A program made the position numbers and the translations under genes. Below the pieces are notes generated by a model. It was given only the letters and a program-made list of their open reading frames with translations. It was not told the DNA's origin and searched no databases. Positions 30,044 through 39,939 of a stretch of DNA of 64,000 nucleotides are shown in pieces (within the stretch, counting starts at the first letter, position 1; every line of letters begins with the position of its first letter). The DNA comes from Candidatus Saccharimonadota bacterium. GTDB lineage: Bacteria; Patescibacteriota; Saccharimonadia; Saccharimonadales; JAQGHD01. The stretch lies in contig JAQGHD010000019.1 of the NCBI GenBank assembly GCA_028288965.1, forward strand, positions 25,202 to 89,201. Direction: 5' to 3'.

Positions 30044-30067
30044 AAAAAAACAGCCCCGAAGGGCTGT
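30044..30067 (-). terminator. Intrinsic terminator inside the 5' leader of the AsnRS-like gene
   Basis: Minus strand ACAGCCC-TTCG-GGGCTGT followed by a U tract, between the promoter (TTGCAC-17-TAACGT, ~30136-30164) and the start codon. Confidence 0.7.
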
Positions 30068-30267
30068 CCTTTTTGGAAAAAATATCCCGTGTGCTTATGG
30101 CGCATCGGGGTACCTATTTTTATGCATTACGTTACACGTTAGCATAAACGGAATTGGCGTGCAACAATTTTTAAGACTTACACGCATAAAAGAATAACTT
30201 TGTTGGTGATAAATGAGCATTGTCCAGCTGACTGGAGTTGGCGAAGGAATGGTTATAGAATAAGTTT

Positions 30268-30702
30268 ATGGAAGGTTTCCCACATTCAGAAGAGCCAAAG
30301 GAGTTACCGGCCGAATTACCGGTAGCGGACCCGGTTATTCAGGAAAAACTTGAATCACTGCCGCTGCAAGTAGCTGGGGAGAGATATGCGGACTTTCCCA
30401 ATCGCCGACAGGCACTGAGGGGCAAAGATTCGGAAAATCTGACCGTATTCTTATCACATGCGATTGCCCAGAAACTATATCGCTGCCCATGCTGCTCTGG
30501 TGACATCCCAATTGGCAGCGAGCATGTCATAATGAGCCGCGTTCAAATGTCCAAAAAATATACGCATCACCACGTTGATTTTACCTGTACGCAAGCCGTA
30601 ATTTTACCGAGTCTGACCACTATTGAAAAAATAAATCCTCAAGATGCTTCCGCCAGTGCGGTCAACAAACGAGCACGACGTTTTAGGAATAAGCACCGCT
30701 AA
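30268..30702 (+). CDS. Hypothetical protein with Cys/His metal-binding motif
   Basis: YRCPCC..I..G.EH...HHH..C. Confidence 0.7.
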   Translation: MEGFPHSEEPKELPAELPVADPVIQEKLESLPLQVAGERYADFPNRRQALRGKDSENLTVFLSHAIAQKLYRCPCCSGDIPIGSEHVIMSRVQMSKKYTHHHVDFTCTQAVILPSLTTIEKINPQDASASAVNKRARRFRNKHR

Positions 30703-30752
30703 GTCGTAATTGCAGCAGTGTTAATGACGATTCTTTTTGCTATGATACTGCT

Positions 30753-31022
30753 ATGAAAATAAGGCCGGAGCAATTTATAAAAGATAAGCACGGGCGCATT
30801 GTCCTGTGGCAAACGCCCAACCTACTTTTATGGACTTGGATTGTTCTCAAAATAATTATATTTCTAATAAGCGCTGGCAAACTAAAAAGCAGTCTAGGGC
30901 AATTAAATACCGCGGTGCTTTTTGCCTGGGCGTATCTTGAGGCCACCAAAGGCGTTAGCTATTTTCGGCAAGCACTTGGCACAGTGGTGCTGGCCAGTAT
31001 AATTATTGGCTTCTTTAGATAG
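30753..31022 (+). CDS. Small membrane protein
   Basis: G.IVLWQ.PN, WAYLE..GV.YFR..LG. Confidence 0.75.
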   Translation: MKIRPEQFIKDKHGRIVLWQTPNLLLWTWIVLKIIIFLISAGKLKSSLGQLNTAVLFAWAYLEATKGVSYFRQALGTVVLASIIIGFFR

Positions 31023-31047
31023 CGCATCCGTTTGCTACAATAGCCGC

Positions 31048-31564
31048 ATGCCACACATACATACAGAACACGGCCAGTATGATTTCACCTCCAGTGCTTT
31101 TATAGTACGTATGGATACCCCAGAGCCACAAAGTGTTAGGCACCTATCTGCAATTTGGTGGTCATGTAGAGCTTGATGAAAATCCCTGGCAAACCGTCGC
31201 CCATGAAGTGTTGGAAGAAACCGGCTATGACTTAAATCAACTCAAAATAATGCAACCCAAAAGTCGGCTGCGGAAATTAACCGGCGTGACACTTCATCCA
31301 GAGCCTGTGATAATGCTGTCGCATGAATTCAGCCCCGGACATTTCCATACCGATATTGAATACTTGTTTGTTGCCACAGGTGAGCCAAGTCATGCTGTTG
31401 GCAACGATGAGTCTACCGACATCCGGGCTTTTAGCCAGGCGGAACTCATGGATGAGTCCATTCCAAACATTCCAGAGAACATTCGTGAGGTAGGCTCATT
31501 TATATTAAGCCATCGCTTAATTGAATGGGAACCAGTCGATGTCAGCGAGTTTTCGCTAGATTAG
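31048..31564 (+). pseudogene. NUDIX hydrolase, frameshifted
   Basis: ATG 31048 gives MPHIHTEHGQYDFTSSAFIVR.. in one frame. The Nudix box GGHVELDENPWQTVAHEVLEETG is in another frame (31133 ORF). Confidence 0.7.
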
Positions 31565-31944
31565 GTTTGTAGGACAGAGAGAATGTTGCCAGCCGGGTCT
31601 TTGAACCAGGCAATATCGGGACCCTGGTTAGCAGCCTTGCCGCGCATAATACCTTTTTGGTCAGGACTAGCGGGCATGTTGTCATAGTGCTCAAAGCTGA
31701 CGCCGTTTTTAGCTAGATCGTCTACGGTGGCGTCTATGTCATCGACAACAAAGTTTAATATGGTAAAAGTGGCTGGTTGATGATCTGATTTTTCATAGAC
31801 AAATATTTCTCCACCGCCGGGCAACTTAAGTTGTAAGCCCATTTCTTCGTTAGCTATCTCCAGCCCGAGCGTTTGGGTGTAAAACTCCTTGGCCTTAGCT
31901 AAATCGTTTACTGAAAATCCACTAAATGCTGCAGTTGCTTTCAT
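31561..31944 (-). CDS. VOC/glyoxalase family protein
   Basis: V.DL.KAKEFY..LGL, LNFVVDDID, AWFKDPAGNILS. Confidence 0.9.
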   Translation of the reverse strand: MKATAAFSGFSVNDLAKAKEFYTQTLGLEIANEEMGLQLKLPGGGEIFVYEKSDHQPATFTILNFVVDDIDATVDDLAKNGVSFEHYDNMPASPDQKGIMRGKAANQGPDIAWFKDPAGNILSVLQT

Positions 31945-32091
31945 ATTTATCTCCTTATGTTGCTCTTTTCATAGTAGCCCAGCGGGGTAGATCACGCAAA
32001 AAATAATTAAGCTTAGCGAAGTGTAGGTCACAAAAAAAGCGCCACATCACCGGAGGGTACGAAGCGCTTTTAAAAATGGTGGTGGGGCTAT

Positions 32092-32538
32092 TTAGTTATT
32101 GGGGTCTTCTGTGCCTCCTTGTTCTGCGCCGGATCCGTTCGGTCCGTTTTCCACGCTAGTTACTTTAAAGTTGGCATCTAATTTAACGGTGACTCGGCTG
32201 CCATCCGATTTCGTGAGGTGGGCTTCATAGGTAGCACCTTCGGCATCGTTCTCTACCCTTTGAACGGTTGCGCCGGGCACCGCGGCTTCGGCTGCTGCCT
32301 TAGCTTTGGAAGCGGTATCGCCAGTTAGCACTGCTTCCTTCGTTCCATTGTCTCCCACATGGCCACCTTGGGTTTGGTCTTGTTGAGAAGTTCCCGTGGC
32401 CGCTGTAGTAGTTGTTGGTGTGGTGGTGGCCGATGCGGCATTGGCGGTCAGTGAGGTTACTGCCGATCCGCCGGCAATGCCAACAAATGCTGCCGCTCCT
32501 AAAACCGCCGGATATAACAATTTTTTTGTAATTTGCAT
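32092..32538 (-). CDS. Secreted PepSY-domain protein
   Basis: Signal peptide, AKAAAEAAVPGATV.RVE, YEAH...DG. Confidence 0.75.
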   Translation of the reverse strand: MQITKKLLYPAVLGAAAFVGIAGGSAVTSLTANAASATTTPTTTTAATGTSQQDQTQGGHVGDNGTKEAVLTGDTASKAKAAAEAAVPGATVQRVENDAEGATYEAHLTKSDGSRVTVKLDANFKVTSVENGPNGSGAEQGGTEDPNN

Positions 32539-32624
32539 AGTTCCTCCTTATTACTTAAGGCCCTTACTGCGCGCTTATGTGGGCACGCTCAATAATCGCA
32601 CACTAAACTTGGAACGGACTGAAT

Positions 32625-32648
32625 AAAAAAGCCCCAGGCTCTGGGGCT
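32625..32648 (-). terminator. Intrinsic terminator
   Basis: AGCCCCAG-AGC-CTGGGGCT followed by Ts on the minus strand. Confidence 0.65.
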
Positions 32649-32672
32649 CCTTAAGGTGAGTGTCGAAAGAAG

Positions 32673-32783
32673 TTATTCGCTATCGCTGTCTGCCATAGAC
32701 TTCTGAAAGTCTTCTAAATCTTTATCACTTATATCCCTCATGAGGTCGATTTTATCCTTATCAATATTCTTGTCATCGGACAT
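32673..32783 (-). CDS. Small acidic peptide (36 aa)
   Basis: MSDDKNIDKDKIDLMRDISDKDLEDFQKSMADSDSE, GGGGGA RBS, followed by a terminator. Confidence 0.45.
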   Translation of the reverse strand: MSDDKNIDKDKIDLMRDISDKDLEDFQKSMADSDSE

Positions 32784-32840
32784 ATATTCCCCCGTACTTA
32801 TGTTGCCCATCTAGTGTAGCTACTTAACCTGGTGCTGTAA

Positions 32841-33899
32841 GTGAGATATCTGGTAGTGCTGGTCGGTGCCACTGGTTGCTTATCGTCTCATTTTATATTA
32901 TTGTTTGTACTTATGACGGATTTAGAAGGTGTAATCAAAGGCCCGGAACAACAAGCCGGCGAATACTGGCAAAAAGCTTCAGGAATAATTAAAGATCATC
33001 CAGAATTATTAGAGCACAGAACTTCTATTGATGGTGAGACACATTTATTAATAACCCCCTCATTTAGCCCAGCTCAAAGAACTATTTACAAAAGTCATAA
33101 AGGTGGAGGAAGCCTAAGCCCTTTACTGGTGGTAAAAGAGATTAAGGGCAAAACCCGGTCCGAAACTGAAATTTATTCACAAAGCTATGCTATTGCTGCT
33201 CAAGTCAACAAGGATTGGTGTTATAAGCCCGGCATGCCATTGCTACTTGTTATTAACGACAATACCGCCAATGCTCAAATAAAATTTAACTTTTTTGGGG
33301 ACGGGTTAGTCCGTTTGGACAATAGCTTTGCTGGTATCGATGATAATAATGCAGTTGGCAAGATACTCGACTACATCGATGAGTGCATGGATGCTAAGCA
33401 GGAACGCGAAGAAAATAAGCGGCACAATAGACACGTACGGCGTTGGCTAGCTGGCGGTATGGTGGCTACTTTGCTAGGCACTGGTGGATTAGCTGGTAAT
33501 ATTCTCGTCAATAAACGTGATGCTACACTCAGGCGTGCCGAAGCAGCCCGCGCTTTCGATGCCAGTAATGTGCAAGTTCCCGGTAACGGACCGGCGGCCG
33601 ATACGGCTATCTTTGTAAAATCAGACGGCAGCTTTTTTAGCCAGGCTATTCCTGATGTACAAAACGGGGAGACATTTGTTCATCCTCGGGTTATACATGT
33701 AGATGAAGGTATATGCTACGGTGCCCTGGCAGTTAATCCATTAACAGAAGCAGTTAGATTAGTGACCGATGCTCCTGCCGAATCTATTGTAGCCACACGC
33801 GGCAGTAATGGTGATATACAACTTTGCGCCGAAAATGATAGTGACCCAAGCACATTAACTTCATATAAAGTAGCTGCACAAGTAGTAAATAACGGCTAG
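32841..33899 (+). CDS. Single-pass membrane hypothetical protein (true start probably ATG 32913)
   Basis: Long ORF with central TM helix. Confidence 0.7.
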   Translation: MRYLVVLVGATGCLSSHFILLFVLMTDLEGVIKGPEQQAGEYWQKASGIIKDHPELLEHRTSIDGETHLLITPSFSPAQRTIYKSHKGGGSLSPLLVVKEIKGKTRSETEIYSQSYAIAAQVNKDWCYKPGMPLLLVINDNTANAQIKFNFFGDGLVRLDNSFAGIDDNNAVGKILDYIDECMDAKQEREENKRHNRHVRRWLAGGMVATLLGTGGLAGNILVNKRDATLRRAEAARAFDASNVQVPGNGPAADTAIFVKSDGSFFSQAIPDVQNGETFVHPRVIHVDEGICYGALAVNPLTEAVRLVTDAPAESIVATRGSNGDIQLCAENDSDPSTLTSYKVAAQVVNNG

Positions 33900-33920
33900 G
33901 CTATTTATCTGTAAGTAAGT

Positions 33921-35339
33921 TTATTCGTAGTGCAGAGCTTCAACAGGATCGAGCTTGGCAGCCCGATGCGCAGGATAGAGCCCGGCTAACATACCAATCA
34001 TGGTGGTAACTGCGATTACAGTTAAAATGAGCCAAATGGGCAGTGTAATAATATCGTGAGCTTGAACACTCTGGCTAGCCAGTTGTTTGTTGATAAATAC
34101 GTTGGCAATCCTGGTTAGGCCGTACCCTACGCCTACGCCGAACACGCCGCCCCAAAAACCAAGTAGGGAAGCCTCAAAGGTAAATAGTCTGCTAACCGTT
34201 GAGCGACGAGCCCCCACGGCACGCATCACACCAATTTCTCGGGTTCGTTCCAGGATGGCCATGACCATGGTGTTAACCACGCCAATGGCCGCGACAGCCA
34301 GGGCGATACCGCCAATGCCGCCGAGTACCAAGCCCACGACGTTAAAGATAGCTAGCTGGGAGTTGATCATACTTTCGGCATCGGCCGCCCCAACATTGAA
34401 TTTCTTGATGTCGGCAGCTACTTGCTTGGCGTTTTTAGCATTATCAGCTTTCACTACCAGCTGGTCATAGCCGTTGGTGTCCACAAAGTTAGTGGTAATA
34501 AGCGACATGTGCTGGGTCGAATTACAGGCGCCGCGTGCATTTTTACAGGCTGCTTCTTGGGCTATTTGGTCGGCTTTAGTGAACTCATAATGACGCTCTT
34601 GGTTCATGCCAATCGCCCAATCCACGGGTACCCGTACAGCTGTAGAAGTGGTGCTGGTGTCCATAATGCCGACGATGGTGGCAGTTAACACTGTAGGCGG
34701 CTGCTGCAGTTTGTTGTCACAGGGGCCATTACACGGCACAGGTTGCTTTACAACCGCCCCAACGCCGCTATAGAAACTGCGGCTTTGCAAACTTATTTGC
34801 TTGCCGATTAATCCGTTATAATTGCCTTTAAAGCCAAACTTGTCCGCGTAATCAGAGGTGAAGACGGCTACGCCTTCTTTGTCACTTGGCTGGAGGTCAT
34901 GGCCGGCGAGAATATTGTTATGGATCACGCCATTGGCATCAGTGGCATAAACCTGTTCCAGGGTATATTTTTTGCCGCTAAAACTCACGGCTTCAAACGC
35001 CCCAACCCGCATCTGTCGCGCCACTTCCACTACGTGCGGCACCGTTTTAATTTTGGTGATTATAGCATCGGTTAATTTGGTACAGCTGTCACAATTACCG
35101 CCACTGTGGCTGGCATCATTAAAGTCTTTGATATCTGATTTTTGCGAGACGGCTACTTGCTGAAGCATACCATTGGCTTCTACTTGGCTGCGGAAAAACG
35201 TTTTAGCGCCAGTGACGAGCGCGAGCATAATGGTCACGGACGTGGCACCAATGACCACGGCAAAAATGGTTAAAAGCGAGCGCAATTTTTGGCGCCAGAT
35301 GTTGCGCAGAGCGGTAACTATGTAATCAATAAATCTCAT
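33921..35339 (-). CDS. MacB/FtsX-family ABC transporter permease
   Basis: RSLLTIFAVVIG, NTMVMAILERTREIGVMRAVGA, PAHRAAKLDPVEAL. Confidence 0.95.
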   Translation of the reverse strand: MRFIDYIVTALRNIWRQKLRSLLTIFAVVIGATSVTIMLALVTGAKTFFRSQVEANGMLQQVAVSQKSDIKDFNDASHSGGNCDSCTKLTDAIITKIKTVPHVVEVARQMRVGAFEAVSFSGKKYTLEQVYATDANGVIHNNILAGHDLQPSDKEGVAVFTSDYADKFGFKGNYNGLIGKQISLQSRSFYSGVGAVVKQPVPCNGPCDNKLQQPPTVLTATIVGIMDTSTTSTAVRVPVDWAIGMNQERHYEFTKADQIAQEAACKNARGACNSTQHMSLITTNFVDTNGYDQLVVKADNAKNAKQVAADIKKFNVGAADAESMINSQLAIFNVVGLVLGGIGGIALAVAAIGVVNTMVMAILERTREIGVMRAVGARRSTVSRLFTFEASLLGFWGGVFGVGVGYGLTRIANVFINKQLASQSVQAHDIITLPIWLILTVIAVTTMIGMLAGLYPAHRAAKLDPVEALHYE

Positions 35340-36025
35340 CCTCGGTGCTCCACTAATTTTCCGTCATGGATACTGACCATGCGATGTGCCAGGCGGGCAA
35401 TGGTTTGGTCGTGGGTAATAATCAGTAAGGTAATGCCTTGGTGATTGAGGTCTTGCAGTAATTTCATAATTTCGGCGCCACGGGCACTGTCTAAGTTACC
35501 GGTTGGCTCATCGGCAATAATAATACTTGGCTTTACAGCCAGTGCCCGAGCTATGGCCACCCGTTGACGTTGTCCACCAGACAGCTGCGACGGCTTGTGG
35601 TTAACGCGGTCACCCAGACCGACTGCTTGGAGGCACTCTAGTGCCCGGGCTTTACGCTGCTTGCCACGCATCTTAGCGAACACCAGTGGCATAATGACAT
35701 TTTCGAGTGCTGTGTTACTGCCCTGCAAATTAAAACTTTGGAACACAAAGCCAATGTGGTGATTGCGGTAATCGGACAGCGCTCGGTCACGTACATGCGA
35801 TAAATCCTGGCCGTCGACAATCACGTCGCCACTGGTTGGTTTATCCAGGCCGCCAATAATGTTCGCTAAAGTGGATTTACCCGATCCAGACGGGCCGGTA
35901 ATGGCAATAAATTCACCAGCCTGGGCTACTAAGCTGACGTTATCCAGGGCATTGAGTGTTTCGCCACCAAGTTTGTATGTTTTGGTAACGTGTTTTAGTT
36001 CTATGGCGGGAGTTTTTGTTTCCAT
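35336..36025 (-). CDS. ABC transporter ATP-binding protein (LolD/MacB type)
   Basis: GPSGSGKST, LSGGQRQRVAIAR, ADEPTGNLD. Confidence 0.95.
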   Translation of the reverse strand: METKTPAIELKHVTKTYKLGGETLNALDNVSLVAQAGEFIAITGPSGSGKSTLANIIGGLDKPTSGDVIVDGQDLSHVRDRALSDYRNHHIGFVFQSFNLQGSNTALENVIMPLVFAKMRGKQRKARALECLQAVGLGDRVNHKPSQLSGGQRQRVAIARALAVKPSIIIADEPTGNLDSARGAEIMKLLQDLNHQGITLLIITHDQTIARLAHRMVSIHDGKLVEHRG

Positions 36026-36081
36026 CTTAAGTTAGCTTAAGCATAAGCTTTATTGCTACTGAGTTCAAGTACTCCTTACAA

Positions 36082-38322
36082 TTACTGTCCAGTTAACGTG
36101 GCCTGGGGCTGCATGGCTTTTTCAAGATTGACGGCTATCAGGGCCAGATCAGCAATGTCACCATCGTAGGCTAAATATTGCGGTTGCCAGGCCGGCTCAA
36201 ACTTATTCTTAAACTGCTCGAGTCCGCTCGCAGAAAAGCGTTGGCCGCCCAGTGTTCTGGCCAGCCGCGCCACTGCGCCCTTCATGCTGGCTAGCGGTAC
36301 AAAGCCCAGGTCAAAATACTTAAACCGTTGCTGCTGTTCCAACTGCTGAATAAGACTCATGAATAAGTACGGCATGACGCCATCGGCATCGGGCACGAAG
36401 CGCATCAGGTCCACGGTGGCTTGCTTAAGACTATGGAAAATGGGTAGCTCGTTGGCAAAAGCCAGCAGCTGGCCATCTTGGTCACGAACGGTATGTAGGG
36501 TGCAGGCCTGCAGGTAGGTTTCATCAAAGTAGCCCAGCGCAAAGCCGCGCTCTTGGCGGTTATCATGCTGTAGCCAGGCGTCGGAAACACTTTTAAGTTC
36601 CTGCATGACTGTGGCTGTATGCGGCGGCGTTAACTGGGCATAGCTATAGCCGAGTTTTTTGCCACGGTTACGCTGCCAGCGCCACCATTTGTTGTTGAGC
36701 GTTTGAGTGACAAAGTGCTGGACGTCTACCACAGCGCTGGCGCCAACTTTTATGGTGTCTAGTTCGGCAGTTTTATATAGTGACAGTGAGCTTTCTGGTA
36801 TGGGCAAAAAGCAGGCCCGCAGGCCTTTAGAGCGGCAAAACGTAATAAAATTGGTTAACAATTTTTGCTGAATAACTGTGGGTGCAATCGGATCAGCCAA
36901 GGCGTAAGCAATCGAGCCAGCTACGCGGTAAGCAATAAAGCCGGTTTGGTCACTAGCCCAAAAATACTGTTTGTCCGGCGGCCAGAGTTTAAAGAAATCC
37001 TCACTACTATTGGCATGGTTTTGCAAAAGCTGGCGTATACGCTGCGTATTAAAATCATCACCAGTTGTTTCTATGTGCGTTGGTCTAAACAAGCTCCATA
37101 AGATAAACCAAAGCGTAGCTATAATCAGCGCCAATAGTGTATGAGCCAGCAGCGCACTTTGCAACGGCTCCGCAGTCTCGGTATGTACTTTAAAGATAAA
37201 GTCAGTAAAATGATGCAACAGCATTTCGACAATGCGTGAGTGCGATCTGGTGCGGGTCAGTACAAATGCACTGCCGGTAATGGCCAGTGCCACCCCCACA
37301 AGCACCACGTAAATGTCACGCCAGCGATCTTGCCAACTAAAGTAACTAGCGCCTCTATCAAACAGCGGCTTAAGCACAAACAGGCCACTAAACGTCAAAA
37401 TATAGAGCGCCAACAGCCAGGCGTGTGGAAAAATTATGGCAAACTTTAGGGCTTCCATGGCGCTAATAAATAAGAATAATTGCCGGGCGCGCTTTTCGCC
37501 GCGCCACAAATGCCGACTCACGTACAGTAGGGTAACGCCGACTATAACTCCGTGCTGTGCCAGCCAGGCGGTGTCCCCAGCAAAATACAAACTGTGTACG
37601 AATTTATAAGGACGAATAGGTTCCAAGTTATTAATGATGGCCAGTAGTCCGTTGGCTCCAGCCCAGACAGCCACCAGACGCCGAATAATTTGTCCGCTAC
37701 GTGGGCGGGTGGTTAGGGGTTGGCCATCGGCCGCCAGTTGGCCTATGTACCAGGTTAGCCAGACGATGATGCTGGCTTGATACAAGTACTGCATAAGGGT
37801 ATTGATATGGTTGGTACTGGCCAGTTGGGTGACAAACAAGAAACCATACAGCACCTGAAAGCTGACGTAAAACGTAGAGGTTAGCCGCCTTTCTTTGAGT
37901 GCATCGTAGGTAGACACTACAAATACCAGGAGAGAAGTTACCACGGTTTCAATGGCGTGCAAAACAAAGGCTACCGACACATACTCCACGCAATTATTAC
38001 CACTGATGCGGCAGGTAGTGGTAAACAAAGGATCGCCTAAAATGCCCAACCCAATGATGATGAGCCCGTAGGTTACAAGGGCTGGGAGCTTTCGACGCTT
38101 TTGTATGTGATACACGGCAGCAATAATTAAACAGCCGGCCAATATATCGCCAATCCTAAATAACCAAGCATAGGGCTGACCGGGCACTTCGTATTGGCTG
38201 ATCAGGGCTGTTCGGTCGGATAGTAAAGGATTAAGTAGTGGCGCCCAAAACCAAGTGGTTCCCAGCACCAGCAGCAACCATTGCCATATGTACAGGCGTT
38301 TAAGCCGGAGAGTATGAATCAT
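36082..38322 (-). CDS. MprF-like aminoacyl-phosphatidylglycerol synthase (DUF998-like N-terminus, DUF2156 C-terminus)
   Basis: Many TMs, DKQYF, ERGFALG, VDLMR, LGFVPL, GLEQFKNKFEP.WQP.YL. Confidence 0.85.
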   Translation of the reverse strand: MIHTLRLKRLYIWQWLLLVLGTTWFWAPLLNPLLSDRTALISQYEVPGQPYAWLFRIGDILAGCLIIAAVYHIQKRRKLPALVTYGLIIIGLGILGDPLFTTTCRISGNNCVEYVSVAFVLHAIETVVTSLLVFVVSTYDALKERRLTSTFYVSFQVLYGFLFVTQLASTNHINTLMQYLYQASIIVWLTWYIGQLAADGQPLTTRPRSGQIIRRLVAVWAGANGLLAIINNLEPIRPYKFVHSLYFAGDTAWLAQHGVIVGVTLLYVSRHLWRGEKRARQLFLFISAMEALKFAIIFPHAWLLALYILTFSGLFVLKPLFDRGASYFSWQDRWRDIYVVLVGVALAITGSAFVLTRTRSHSRIVEMLLHHFTDFIFKVHTETAEPLQSALLAHTLLALIIATLWFILWSLFRPTHIETTGDDFNTQRIRQLLQNHANSSEDFFKLWPPDKQYFWASDQTGFIAYRVAGSIAYALADPIAPTVIQQKLLTNFITFCRSKGLRACFLPIPESSLSLYKTAELDTIKVGASAVVDVQHFVTQTLNNKWWRWQRNRGKKLGYSYAQLTPPHTATVMQELKSVSDAWLQHDNRQERGFALGYFDETYLQACTLHTVRDQDGQLLAFANELPIFHSLKQATVDLMRFVPDADGVMPYLFMSLIQQLEQQQRFKYFDLGFVPLASMKGAVARLARTLGGQRFSASGLEQFKNKFEPAWQPQYLAYDGDIADLALIAVNLEKAMQPQATLTGQ

Positions 38323-38453
38323 TATCTATATTGTACTGACTGCCGCACTGACTGCCAAAGCGTCTATTCCAGTTGGCTGTTAAATATATTACAGAGCTTT
38401 TGCTATATGGTGCTTACAATTATGATGCCAACTAAGAAAGCACGGGAGGAAAT

Positions 38454-38564
38454 ATGGCAGAGATGAAAAAGAAGTCGAATCGAGGATTAGCCAGCGCTGA
38501 TGCTGCAACTCGGCAGCGTGTTGCTCGTATGGGCGGCAAGGCCAGCCACGGCCGCCGCAAATAA
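38454..38564 (+). CDS. KGG-motif general stress peptide (YciG/GsiB-like), 36 aa
   Basis: MAEMKKKSNRGLASADAATRQRVARMGGKASHGRRK, GGGAGG RBS, terminator at ~38603-38640. Confidence 0.75.
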   Translation: MAEMKKKSNRGLASADAATRQRVARMGGKASHGRRK

Positions 38565-38602
38565 GCAGCTGATCACCCAACTATACCATTAAGAATTAAC
38601 AT

Positions 38603-38640
38603 AGAAGGGGCGTTCATTGTGAGGGCGCCTCTTTTTATTT
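38603..38640 (+). terminator. Intrinsic terminator
   Basis: GGGGCGTTC..GGGCGCCTC hairpin plus T tract. Confidence 0.6.
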
Positions 38641-38694
38641 ACCCCTGTCCAGCAGCTTGCTATATTTAGGGGTGGATGGTACGGTTATATCCGT

Positions 38695-39510
38695 ATGAAA
38701 ATACTCAATGGCCGCGAATTAGCGGACTATATCAAAGAGCGCCAAGCTCGCCAAGTTCGCAGTTTGCGCCAAGCAAACCAGGTTGTGCCTCGCCTGGCAA
38801 TTATTCAAACCAAGGACGACCCGGTTATTAATACCTATGTGCGACTAAAAAAGCGCTATGGCGCCGACCTTTTAATTGATGTAGATGTGCATTTTGTGCC
38901 GCAACCGGAAGTACCAGCCCTGCTAAATAAGCTCAATTCTGACGTAGCCGTGCACGGCATTATTGTTCAACTGCCGCTAACCGACCCAACTCAGACCGAA
39001 AAAATTGTTAACTTAGTGGCGCCAGACAAAGATGTGGATGCCCTAGGGACTAAGGCACAATTCGATCCGGCTACACCCATGGCCATTATGTGGCTGTTAA
39101 GCGGCTACAATATTGACCTCACGGGTAAAAAAGTGCTGCTCATTGGCCGTGGCAAATTAGTCGGCGCGCCACTAGAGCGGATGCTCAAAGATTCTGGCAT
39201 TGATGTGCAAGTGGTGGAACGCGGTGTCGATAACCTGGCCAAACTTACCCTGGCCGCCGACGTTATTATCACTGCCACGGGCAGTCCGAGCATTTTGTAT
39301 GCAGACATGCTTAAAACCGGCGCTGTGGTGGTGGATGCTGGCGTAGCTAGCGAGGAAGGCAAAACCGTGGGCGATCTGGCTCCAAATGTCTACGAGCGCC
39401 AAGACTTGATAGTTACACCTCAAAAAGGTGGCGTTGGGCCGCTTACGGTCTGCGCTTTATTTGATAACGTGATTCGAGCTGCACGGCGAACGGTAACTAA
39501 AGATTCATAA
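38695..39510 (+). CDS. folD: Bifunctional methylenetetrahydrofolate dehydrogenase/cyclohydrolase
   Basis: HGIIVQLPL, KDVD, GRGKLVG.P, TPQKGGVGPLTV. Confidence 0.95.
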   Translation: MKILNGRELADYIKERQARQVRSLRQANQVVPRLAIIQTKDDPVINTYVRLKKRYGADLLIDVDVHFVPQPEVPALLNKLNSDVAVHGIIVQLPLTDPTQTEKIVNLVAPDKDVDALGTKAQFDPATPMAIMWLLSGYNIDLTGKKVLLIGRGKLVGAPLERMLKDSGIDVQVVERGVDNLAKLTLAADVIITATGSPSILYADMLKTGAVVVDAGVASEEGKTVGDLAPNVYERQDLIVTPQKGGVGPLTVCALFDNVIRAARRTVTKDS

Positions 39511-39593
39511 ATAGAAGGCCCAAGTGAGAGAGAAAGCGGAAACGCGGATGCGTCCCAAACTTTCCCTCCCACCTGGAAGCCCCTGTTGCTGCC

Positions 39594-39914
39594 TTACGCC
39601 GCCGTTCTGGATGCCTGCGATCTCGCAGCATGCCACAAGAAATAGGCAAGCGCGGCGAAGATCACACCCAGGATGTTGCGCCAGGTGATTGACCGGAAGA
39701 ATGCCCAAAGCAGGAGCATGGCCGAAGCGAAGTAGAGCACGCAGGTAGCCAGCGCATTCTTCGTCAGTTCGTACGTCTCGTACCCAGCGATCGCGACGAC
39801 CACGGCAAAGAGCACGACGAAAAGTGTGCCGGCGTTGTGGCCAGAAACCAGTTGGTGCACGCTGATGAGGCCGGCGACCAAGGCGGCGATGTAGGTAATG
39901 AACTTGGGACTCAT
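39594..39914 (-). CDS. Small 4-TM membrane protein
   Basis: AAGGAG RBS, hydrophobic, C-ending codon bias. Confidence 0.7.
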   Translation of the reverse strand: MSPKFITYIAALVAGLISVHQLVSGHNAGTLFVVLFAVVVAIAGYETYELTKNALATCVLYFASAMLLLWAFFRSITWRNILGVIFAALAYFLWHAARSQASRTAA

Positions 39915-39939
39915 AACATGTCTCCTTGGTAGGGAACGA

